From an uncultured Halobacteriales archaeon (GTDB taxonomy: Archaea > Halobacteriota > Halobacteria > Halobacteriales > Halobacteriaceae): a DNA stretch of 41,755 nucleotides. Position numbers and translations under genes: made by a program. Shown piece by piece: positions 30,578-38,838 of the stretch (position 1 is its first letter; every line of letters begins with the position of its first letter). The stretch is from contig CAZJZA010000001.1 in assembly GCA_964550355.1 (NCBI GenBank), positions 1-41,755 on the forward strand, in the 5' to 3' direction. Under the pieces are notes generated by a model. It saw nothing but the letters and a program-made list of their open reading frames with translations. It ran no database searches and had not been told where the DNA came from.

Positions 30578-30664
30578 AAATCACTACTTTATCCAGATGG
30601 ACTTAAAACATCTAGTAATATATGCAAAATTTTTACCGAAATATCATGTGTAAGTTGAAAACAG

Positions 30665-31306
30665 ATGCCAAACGAGATCACAGAATCATTGGTGGAATTG
30701 AAAGAAGAAAAAGTAATAGATTTGGTTCGTAATAAAGTAGAAAGTGGAGAAGATCCTTTTGAGATTCTTGATAAAGTTCAAGAGGGGATGGAAAAAATTG
30801 GGGGAAAATTTGATGAGGGGAAATATTTCGTCGCCGACCTAATGCTGGCTGGGGAAATTATGGAAGAGATCATGGAGATATTAAAACCACATTTAGCCGA
30901 GGAACAGGAAAATGGAGGAGAAGACGAAGAGGTTGTAATAATGGGTACAGTGCAAGACGATATTCATAATTTGGGGAAAGATATCGTCATTACAATGCTG
31001 GAGGCAAACGGCTTTCAAGTTAGAGACTTGGGGGTAGATGTCAATCCAGAGAAATTCATCAAAGCTATTGAAGAAGAGGAGGCCAATGTAGTGGGGATGT
31101 CTTGTCTCTTAGTCTCCAATATCGAAAATATTGAAGCAACAATCGAAGAAATCGAAGACTCTGGACTCCGGGAAGATGTTAGAATTATGATTGGGGGCGG
31201 GCCCCTGCAATCCAATGTCGCTGAGAAAGTCGGTGCCGACGGCTTCGGCCAGGGAGCGAATGATGCGGTAACCATGACCAAGGACTGGATCGGTGGTTCA
31301 GCATGA
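30665..31306 (+). CDS. Corrinoid (B12-binding) methyl-carrier protein 1 (MtaC/MttC/OdmA-like)
   Basis: N-terminal cap GMEKIGGKFDEGKYFVADLMLAGEIM; D-x-H-x-x-G (DIHNLG), DLGVDV, S-x-L (SCL), IMIGGG, VGADG. Confidence 0.93.
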   Translation: MPNEITESLVELKEEKVIDLVRNKVESGEDPFEILDKVQEGMEKIGGKFDEGKYFVADLMLAGEIMEEIMEILKPHLAEEQENGGEDEEVVIMGTVQDDIHNLGKDIVITMLEANGFQVRDLGVDVNPEKFIKAIEEEEANVVGMSCLLVSNIENIEATIEEIEDSGLREDVRIMIGGGPLQSNVAEKVGADGFGQGANDAVTMTKDWIGGSA

Positions 31307-32616
31307 CCTGGATACGTGACACTCTCGAAAAGTGGGACTGGGCAACCGCGGACGATGTCGATTTCGTGTCGGAGGAAGCCGAGAAAAAGTTCGCAACAAG
31401 GAAAAAACGACTGGTGACAGCATTAGAGAATAAGAAACCGGATCGAGTTCCCTTTGCGCCCGAAGCTGCAGGCAATTACCAATTTCACTACACAGATACC
31501 ACGCATGGCGAGGCTTTAGACGATTACGACAAACTTGTTGAATCGTTCGTTACAACGGTGACTGACTTCGACTGGGACATCCATCCTCGTCCTACTGCGT
31601 TTCCGAAACATGTTTTTCAGGCAGTCGGATACAAGCCGCTGCTCTTCCCTGGTGAAGAACTCAAAGATGAGGCCGTGACTTACCAGTTTGTCGAACCGGG
31701 CCAAGAAGTCAAGGGAGTTCAATACCCAGAGATGGATCCCGAGGAATACGAAGATCTCGCAAGGGACCCCACGGATTTCAATCTCAGATCTTATCTGCCG
31801 ACGGTCTGTGAAGCGCTTGAGCCTTTTGAAAACATGAACCCAATCGGTGCCATCTCGGGATATTACAGTGGATTCCTCGATAAGCTTGGGGCACCCGGGA
31901 TGGAAGAGGCGTTTGAGGCATTGGCCGAGGCATCAAGAGAAACAAAACGGTATTCCAAGGCTACGGGCGAAGCAATCGCACGGACTGAAGCCGCTGGGTA
32001 TCCCCCTTGGACGGGCGCAAATGTCGATGCGCCGCTAGACGTTATTGGTGATAATCGGCGGGGAACCGAAGGTGTATTGACGGATATGTACCGAAGGCCG
32101 GAGGAGTTAAAAAAAGCCTGTGATGCCCTCGTTCCATATCTAATTGAACATGGCGTTCGGTCTGCAAAATACAGCCAAAACCCATTTGTCACCTTCCGAC
32201 TCCATAAGGGAATTTTCATGAGTCCCGAACAGTATGAGGAATTTTACTGGCCGTCGTTGAAGAAAACCGTGGAGGGGCTGATTGAGAATGATTGTATTCC
32301 CCATCTATACGCAGAGGGAGACTACAGGCCATATTTGGACATTATCGGCGAATCACCGGAGGAGAAGGTCATCATTCACATTGAGGACGGCATATACGAG
32401 GCAAACGAACAACTCGCAGACGACTATTGTCTTACCGGAGGAATCGATACATCCCTCTTAGAAGTTGGTTCGACTGAAGAGGTTAGAGAGGCAACCAGAA
32501 AAGCCGTAGAAGTCCTTGGGGAAGACGGTGGGTTTGTTCTTCAACCAAGTGCCCCAATGGATACTGCGAAACCAGAAAATCTCAGAGCAATTGAACAGGT
32601 CCTTAAACAGAGATAA
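31303..32616 (+). CDS. URO-D superfamily methyltransferase, CmuA/CmuC-like or O-demethylase MT1-like
   Basis: KPDRVP, APLDVIGDNRRGTEGVLTDMYRRPEELK, FMSPEQYEEFYWP, GGIDTSLL, GGFVLQP, AKPENLRA; ATGA-coupled to the corrinoid protein; no H-x-C...C motif. Confidence 0.8.
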   Translation: MTWIRDTLEKWDWATADDVDFVSEEAEKKFATRKKRLVTALENKKPDRVPFAPEAAGNYQFHYTDTTHGEALDDYDKLVESFVTTVTDFDWDIHPRPTAFPKHVFQAVGYKPLLFPGEELKDEAVTYQFVEPGQEVKGVQYPEMDPEEYEDLARDPTDFNLRSYLPTVCEALEPFENMNPIGAISGYYSGFLDKLGAPGMEEAFEALAEASRETKRYSKATGEAIARTEAAGYPPWTGANVDAPLDVIGDNRRGTEGVLTDMYRRPEELKKACDALVPYLIEHGVRSAKYSQNPFVTFRLHKGIFMSPEQYEEFYWPSLKKTVEGLIENDCIPHLYAEGDYRPYLDIIGESPEEKVIIHIEDGIYEANEQLADDYCLTGGIDTSLLEVGSTEEVREATRKAVEVLGEDGGFVLQPSAPMDTAKPENLRAIEQVLKQR

Positions 32617-33018
32617 ACAGACAATAGATCGATAAGGAAGAGTGGGAAGAACAGTATTTTGACTTCAACTAATATGCTCAAACCTCCGATGTGGCTTTTG
32701 GGGGACCCACATAATTTTCCAGAAAGCGAGCAATACCTGCGGAAATAGCTCAACGAATGTGTCAAACCAGGCAGTTTAGACGATGAGGTTGCATCTTGAA
32801 TCCGGTGAGGAGATGTGAAGAGCTCAACTTCGTGTTGGAATAGTTGTCTTTAGTGTTCACCAAAACTAGCCCCAGGGTAGATTTTTAGCAGGTGCATCGG
32901 ACTTGACACCTATATTCTCTCCTTGCAAATTGCTTCGATGGCGGATTGGGGGTGAGCTATTCGCTAAACAATAAATTGAAAATCGCACTCTTAACGAGGT
33001 AAATTCGAAAGAGCTTCC

Positions 33019-34158
33019 CTAATCGTATTGTCCGTATTCTTTTGCAGCCTCCACAAGGGCTTTGAAGTTCTCGCTCGGTGTGTTCGGATTCGTATCACAG
33101 GCAGGTGTCAGGATAAATCCGCCACCTTCAGCCCCATATTCGATATTGCGCCTCGCAGTTTCTTTGACTTTCTCGGGATCTCCCTCGAGCAAGACCGTAA
33201 CAGGATCGACGTTGCCGAGAATGCATACCTGATCGCCAACGTCCTTTTTGACGGCCTGTAGCATGATGCTGTAGGGGTCGCCCTCGTCGTAATCGATGTT
33301 TTCCGCTCCCAGCGTCTCTTCGAGATACTCGACGTCTTTTGGCCACTTATCGACGTTGCCATAATTCGCATGAATCCCCCCAGGCGCCTCATCTGGTATC
33401 GAATCGGCAACCATCTGAATGATCCCTGTTGTATCACCACACGGGTGATTGATCGGAATCATCCCGGTGTCTGCTATTGCTTTGAAGTCCTCCTGAAGAT
33501 ATGGGAGGACGAATTCCTCGTACTGTGGGGGAGAGGTGGTTTCGGTCGCTGCGACTGGATCGAGGACGACAACGCCGTGGGCCTTTCCCTCGAAAGCAGT
33601 GTGATACTCGATGTGGAATTCGTTCAATTTTTCCAGGAATTCATGTACCTTCTCGGGTTCCTCGTACATCCCGCGATAGAGTTCTTCGTGTCCGATCAGG
33701 TTCGCAGCGGTGCTGAATACTCCCGAGACGATGGGGGCGACGGCTTTCTGATCGCCAACCTCGTCCATGAGAATTGCGGATTCGCGAAGAACGGAAGAGG
33801 TCCGTATGTGCTCTTCCAGGTCCGGGAATTCGAGATCATTGATTTCATCCCAGGATTCGAAGGTTCGCTGGGTGGCGTCGACGATCTCCATGTGTTCGCT
33901 CCAGAATCCCTGTGCTCCACAGGCCTTGGCTTCGACAAAACAGCCATCGATGCCCGCGATTACCATGTCGTCGCCGAAATTCTCGTTCGCCGCGATCTTC
34001 GCCTTGGCCATCGTTTCCGGATCGTTCTGAGCGTCTTTTGGCCGTTCGTCGATCTCCCAGAGCGCTCGAGAAATTGCCAACGTCCCGACTGGGACCCGAT
34101 CCGGTTCTTTTCCCTGTAATGCCGTTGCAACCCGTTCGACACCCGCCATTTCACCCAT
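33019..34158 (-). CDS. MtaA/MtbA-type methylcobamide:thiol methyltransferase (MT2-like, URO-D superfamily)
   Basis: EPDRVPV, VEAKACG, SPPQYEEFVLPY, putative Zn ligands NHPCG and ILTPACD, LGNVDP, TPSENFKA; GGAGGTG SD lies inside the upstream gene end. Confidence 0.85.
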   Translation of the reverse strand: MGEMAGVERVATALQGKEPDRVPVGTLAISRALWEIDERPKDAQNDPETMAKAKIAANENFGDDMVIAGIDGCFVEAKACGAQGFWSEHMEIVDATQRTFESWDEINDLEFPDLEEHIRTSSVLRESAILMDEVGDQKAVAPIVSGVFSTAANLIGHEELYRGMYEEPEKVHEFLEKLNEFHIEYHTAFEGKAHGVVVLDPVAATETTSPPQYEEFVLPYLQEDFKAIADTGMIPINHPCGDTTGIIQMVADSIPDEAPGGIHANYGNVDKWPKDVEYLEETLGAENIDYDEGDPYSIMLQAVKKDVGDQVCILGNVDPVTVLLEGDPEKVKETARRNIEYGAEGGGFILTPACDTNPNTPSENFKALVEAAKEYGQYD

Positions 34159-34160
34159 TG

Positions 34161-34835
34161 TTAGGCACCTCCTTTGGCTTCCTGTTCGAGTTCATCCCAT
34201 AGTCGTTCAGCCTCATCGACGGCCTGGGGCGCATCGGGTGCGTACCCGTCCGCTTCGATTTCATCTGCCCATTCTGCGTTTGCAGATCGGCCGCCAACGA
34301 GAACTTTGAATTCTTCGCGAAGCCCCCGATCTTCGAGTTCGAGGATTACGTCTCGCATATTGTCACGGGTAATACTCATGAGGGCCGAGAGTGCGATCAC
34401 GTCAGCATCTTCCTCGATCGCACGATCAACGATTTCGTCTTCAGGTTTGTCGACTCCCATGTCGTGAACGTGATGCCCATTGCCGGCCAAAAACAACCGG
34501 ACTAAATTCTTCCCAATGTCGTGAATGTCCTCCTTGATCGTCGCGAGAACGATCGTCACCCGTTCGTCCTTCTCTCCGGTCGTGGCCACTTGTTCGTTCA
34601 AAGCCTCGGTTAGCGGCTCCATTACCTCCTCCATCGTATCCCCACACCGCATGAGATCTGTCAGGAAAAACTCGCCAGTTTCGTATTTATCTCCGATCGT
34701 GTCAGCAGCCGGGAGGATCGCTTCGTCTAATACCTCTGTCGCCGCTTGTTCGTCCAAAATTTCCTGCGTCAATTCCACCGCTGTGTTCGTGTCCGCATCG
34801 ACGATTGCTTCTTTCAGTTCCGTGGCTTTTGACAT
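34161..34835 (-). CDS. Corrinoid (B12-binding) methyl-carrier protein 2
   Basis: Cap IGDKYETGEFFLTDLM; DIHDIGKNLV, DMGVD, SAL, VLVGG, ADGYAPDA; start trimmed to MSKATELKEA at 34835. Confidence 0.93.
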   Translation of the reverse strand: MSKATELKEAIVDADTNTAVELTQEILDEQAATEVLDEAILPAADTIGDKYETGEFFLTDLMRCGDTMEEVMEPLTEALNEQVATTGEKDERVTIVLATIKEDIHDIGKNLVRLFLAGNGHHVHDMGVDKPEDEIVDRAIEEDADVIALSALMSITRDNMRDVILELEDRGLREEFKVLVGGRSANAEWADEIEADGYAPDAPQAVDEAERLWDELEQEAKGGA

Positions 34836-35056
34836 TGGTTTGCACTCACATAGTAACAATTATTGCCAGGTCTATTGGCCCTTTACCTTAATTATAGAGG
34901 GAATTATATGCCAACAGTCCTCAAGTAATACCTATTAGTAACAGCAATTCAGTTTACGCCATTCCACATAGTAAATGTCGTCATATTTCAAATTTGAGTG
35001 GGTGGGGTCACTGGATCATTCATCTACAGGCGGTAAATTTCCACAAAAAGTAATTG

Positions 35057-35746
35057 CTATTCCACCATCGAACCCACGTATGGACAATCCATCACATATT
35101 CGCAATCGCCACAAGTTAACAACAGATCAGTCTGCTCGATATCTGATCCCAATCCCATTGCAAATGTGAACGTCTTTCGGGGTTCAGTGATGCGCCCCTT
35201 ACGAAGGTAAACATCGATACGTTCCGTTTCCAGTGTTTCAAACATGAACTGTCGATTATCCAAATCCCATCCGTCTCCCCGAGTGCCAGGTGGAAAGACC
35301 CGGGTCGTATTATAGCCGTTATCCGTGGCCCATTCTTTGATCTCGGTCAACAAACTTACCCGCGCCATTTGAAGTGCCACGTTTTCCATTGCATCAGCGA
35401 CGAGAGTCTGAAGCAATCCATTGATTGAATCTTCGTTTTTGACCCCGTCTCCAATCGTCAGCACGCCAGGGACGATTAATTCGGATTCGAGCAAGCGATC
35501 AGGAGGATCGTATCGGTCAATTCTAGATTCACCTCTTGGTATTGCTCGGTACATTCCACGAGGTGACAGGGCCGATTTTACAACGGTATGTAAGGACTCA
35601 ACTTCACCTCGTAGTTCGTCGCCAGAATGTGTAGATCCAGCCCAGCGGGGGAAGGGGGGTGTTTCCATAATTCGACCCACAGTAAAGTCAATCTCTATGG
35701 GGTCAACAAGTCGCGGCTCCCTCGCAAGATCGGACATAAGAGTCAT
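35057..35746 (-). CDS. Stand-alone B12-dependent methionine-synthase activation-domain-like protein with C-terminal Cys motif
   Basis: GVLTIG...DAMENVAL...TTRVFPPG...WDLDNRQFMF...EPRKTFTFAMGLG resembles the RFSPG...W...P-x-KS pattern of MetH reactivation-domain proteins; ends in CGDCEYVMDCPY (C-x2-C-x5-C). Confidence 0.7.
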   Translation of the reverse strand: MTLMSDLAREPRLVDPIEIDFTVGRIMETPPFPRWAGSTHSGDELRGEVESLHTVVKSALSPRGMYRAIPRGESRIDRYDPPDRLLESELIVPGVLTIGDGVKNEDSINGLLQTLVADAMENVALQMARVSLLTEIKEWATDNGYNTTRVFPPGTRGDGWDLDNRQFMFETLETERIDVYLRKGRITEPRKTFTFAMGLGSDIEQTDLLLTCGDCEYVMDCPYVGSMVE

Positions 35747-35923
35747 TCACATTTCAAGCGGAAAAACTCATCTCCGATTATACGAATAGAACAACAGAAA
35801 AATTTGGAATGGTTGTTGGTGAATAACCGCCCCACATTCAGCAGCGGACATTTGCACTCATTCACATAGAACTAAACCTGGACAGGTGTGGCCAAAATCG
35901 ATTTGTTGACGTTTTATCTACGG

Positions 35924-36145
35924 TCAACCAGAAATCCACCAAACAAACCGCTTCCCCACATCCTTCTTTTGAACCTGACTCTCTTGATGTAGGTCCTTGA
36001 GTCGCCGCCGAGCAGTTTGAATATGGTACTCGAACTCATCAGCGACTTCCTTGGTCGTCACCACTTCCTTTTTCTCGATAAATTGTAGTATGTCCTCATC
36101 TGAAACCTGCTTCTGGAACGGACCACTTCGCTTATCTTCAGCCAT
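35924..36145 (-). CDS. Small winged-HTH DNA-binding protein (73 aa)
   Basis: VSDEDIL...VVTTKEVADEFEYHIQTARRRLKDL...VQKKDVGKRFVWW. Confidence 0.8.
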   Translation of the reverse strand: MAEDKRSGPFQKQVSDEDILQFIEKKEVVTTKEVADEFEYHIQTARRRLKDLHQESQVQKKDVGKRFVWWISG

Positions 36146-36276
36146 CGTCGTGAAATCATCTTGTTTCTATCCTCTCTTATGCAGATGTTATTGTTCCACT
36201 GTGTCTTGTTTTAACCAGTATAGTTACAAAACACATATTGTAACTGCCGTTCATTCTTTTCTGAAAGGGTGCTTTA

Positions 36277-37539
36277 ATGATGGATCTCACCACGAACAAT
36301 CGGGGAGTAACGGTGGTTATCGGAGCGATTTTCATGTTTGCCATCCTCATAATTGCACTCTCCATCTTTCAGGCCGAAGTGGTTCCGTCTCAGAACAAAG
36401 CCCTTGAGTTCAATCACTACAAAGAAGTGCAGGGACAACTGCAAGACGTACGGAATGCAATAATTTCAGCTGGTGAAACAAATGGCCCGAAGTCAGCACG
36501 AGTCCAGTTAGGGACGTCGTATCCAAGTCGAATCATTGCAGTACAACCACCTGCGGCGAGGGGTGAGTTAGCGACTGAAACCATTGGATCGGGTGAAATC
36601 TCGATATCGGGTGTGAATGAAACCCAGCTCTGCGGTATCGGTGAAACGACTAGTACAAAGGCAATCCAGTATACACCTGACTATTACTATCTCGAAGGAA
36701 CCCCACCAACAACGTTCGAAAACACCGTCCTCTATCGCCAAACCGAGGAGGGGGCAGTCCTTTACGAGTCCAAACAACGATTGGTTTCAGGGTCTACAAT
36801 CAACCTGTATCCCCTGGTCGGAACGAACTCCGAATCTGGTTCAGGGTCAACAATCATCGATTTCTCCGGGAGTGAAACAGGGTCGACGGTGATATCCGGG
36901 CCATTGACGCTCACGATCCCAACTCGGTTATCCCCTCAGCAATGGGCAGAGCTGCTGACTGATTCGACCAATCACGTTGCGAACGTGGTGGGAAACACCT
37001 CCAGACAATCTGCCGTCGACATTCAGTTCGAATCCGGCGTCTATCAGATTCAATGTACGGTCGTCGGAGCAAATACAAACCCAGGTGCAAATCCCACTCT
37101 CCAGATTGGTGGCGAGGGGAGTGAGATCAACCCAACCGAACCCGGGAATATAATTCTGGAAGGTGAAACAAGGAGCACGGGAAACCAGGACCATATCGTG
37201 AATCTGGTGTTAAATAACACCGGAGAGACAAACGAATCCATCCAACGAGCGAGGATAAATTTCTTCCAGGACGCATCCGGTCGAGGTGGAAACGCAGCGG
37301 CATACACTGAACTCCAGACGGAGGAAGGGACGGTCACTGCGACATTAGAGTTCGGTGGAGATTACAGAAAATCAAATCCGAAAATTAACCTGCAAAAGAA
37401 CGCCGAGACGTCGGTCTCGTTGGCGTTTTATGCGGAGAACGGGAATGATGCGAACCTCAATTCTCAGGATTGGTTTGTGGTGAGTTTCCAGTATAGCAAT
37501 GCAACTGACGGGACGTATTTCGTTCAGGTGCCAGAGTGA
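36277..37539 (+). CDS. Pilin-like surface protein with class III signal peptide
   Basis: NNRG/VTVVIGAIFMFAILIIALSIFQAEVVP..N...EFNH N-terminus; Ser/Thr/Gly/Asn-rich beta-type body; five N-x-S/T sequons (NET, NTS, NNT, NES, NAT). Confidence 0.8.
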   Translation: MMDLTTNNRGVTVVIGAIFMFAILIIALSIFQAEVVPSQNKALEFNHYKEVQGQLQDVRNAIISAGETNGPKSARVQLGTSYPSRIIAVQPPAARGELATETIGSGEISISGVNETQLCGIGETTSTKAIQYTPDYYYLEGTPPTTFENTVLYRQTEEGAVLYESKQRLVSGSTINLYPLVGTNSESGSGSTIIDFSGSETGSTVISGPLTLTIPTRLSPQQWAELLTDSTNHVANVVGNTSRQSAVDIQFESGVYQIQCTVVGANTNPGANPTLQIGGEGSEINPTEPGNIILEGETRSTGNQDHIVNLVLNNTGETNESIQRARINFFQDASGRGGNAAAYTELQTEEGTVTATLEFGGDYRKSNPKINLQKNAETSVSLAFYAENGNDANLNSQDWFVVSFQYSNATDGTYFVQVPE

Positions 37540-38568
37540 GGAAGTGAGAAAAGCAGGCACATTCCAAATTGGTTGATCTCGATATCGGGATGAGAATCTT
37601 CATATTCTTTTCATTTCCGTTTATCGAGGGCGTTTCTATCGATCACAGTCGTCGAGAATACGAACAGGGTGGGACTGGTAACGACTGGAGAGAAACTATC
37701 TCAATACTCTTTATCCAGCCAGGCAATTGGTGCGCTGATCGGTTTGGGTTGCCAGTAAGCAGTTAGAGTTCGCCTAGTTTTGATTGCGCCGGGAAAGGAA
37801 CGGCGACAAAGTAGGGGCTGATTTGAGAGGAAAACAAATCAAATCTTACAGTTATTTGAGCGAGTTATCGGTGTCACAGCCGCCAAGGGGGTCCCACGGT
37901 TGCATTCGATAGCTCCTATCGGATACAGCCACACTATGGGGGTGGATCCTGGGGAGGGAGTAAGGTGGGGCTAGGACGTGGAATTACCAGACCCCTGGGG
38001 TGGTTCCAGGCGATGGGCCTCCCTTGGCCCCACCCCGGGGGCCTCCTTCTGCCCTCAATTGTCGAGTTGTTGACCGTAGTCTGGTGCCCTGGCACGTTCC
38101 CTCCTCTCCCCCGACACGTGGCCCCTCGTCTGCAACGTTTCGAACTCACTCTCCACTCACTTGGTGACCCATCTGTCAACAGGAGAGGTGACAGACCGGT
38201 CGTCGATCACCTGCAACGTCCCCGCCGAAATTCCAACGGCTGCCCGACCTTTTCGCCTTGTTCGGAGATAGCCTATCGTTCACAGCTATATTTTACCGGG
38301 AAACCCTGGAAGACACGAGCACGACCTGCTAATTCACTGCCTGAGCCACGATCGCCTTCGAGAGAGACCCTCGTCCAGATGTGCACTTTCGACCTCGTAT
38401 TGGACCCTGAGTGCCACCTCCCCCTCATTGGTGAAGCTATAGAGATTGTGATGTGGGCCGAATATCTGAGCCGAGAGAAGAAATTAGATAAAGAATCTTG
38501 AGATAGAAGGATCTGGGACAGCGCGATTGAAGTTTGAAAAGTCGCGCCCAAAAGGTCCTGAGATTTTC

Positions 38569-38838
38569 TCAGACGGACTCGAGTGAGACAGCTAAACCAA
38601 CTGAATGCACACTCGCTGGAGTTTTGAGGATGCGGATTTTTGATCCAGCAGACTCATCAGCCGCAGACCGAATGAGACAGGCTTCTTCTGAATCTAGAGG
38701 ATAGCGGAGGGAGCCAACGGATAAGTGAAGAATGAGGTATCGCTGATTCGTTTCTATATTCTCAATGACTCCGACGACCTCCTCATACAGATCAAGCGAA
38801 AGGTAGTCCTCGCGATCTATCGATTGCGCGACCGTCAT
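38569..38838 (-). CDS. Hypothetical protein (89 aa)
   Basis: ATG preceded by GAGGGGG, ATGA overlap with the upstream ORF, acidic N-terminal half; no family recognised. Confidence 0.5.
   Translation of the reverse strand: MTVAQSIDREDYLSLDLYEEVVGVIENIETNQRYLILHLSVGSLRYPLDSEEACLIRSAADESAGSKIRILKTPASVHSVGLAVSLESV

Noticed and set aside
32617-33018. Cobalamin riboswitch or ncRNA between the convergent modules
   Set aside because: No B12-box or GCCACTG-type conserved elements were seen, and the region is 3' of both operons. An Rfam scan would settle it.
31303-34158. Annotation as heme-pathway uroporphyrinogen decarboxylases (hemE)
   Set aside because: They lack the N-terminal RQAGR motif of HemE and are each coupled to a corrinoid protein.
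30665-35746. Pyrrolysine read-through in the methyltransferase cassette
   Set aside because: The ORFs are full length for their families. The TAG stops at 33019 and 35057 fall at natural C-termini, and there are no MttB/MtmB/MtbB or pyl genes.
37934-38551. ORFs 37934-38179, 37965-38501 and 38273-38551
   Set aside because: They have non-acidic, Pro/Arg/Ser-rich composition and no recognisable motifs, so they are probably non-coding or decayed.
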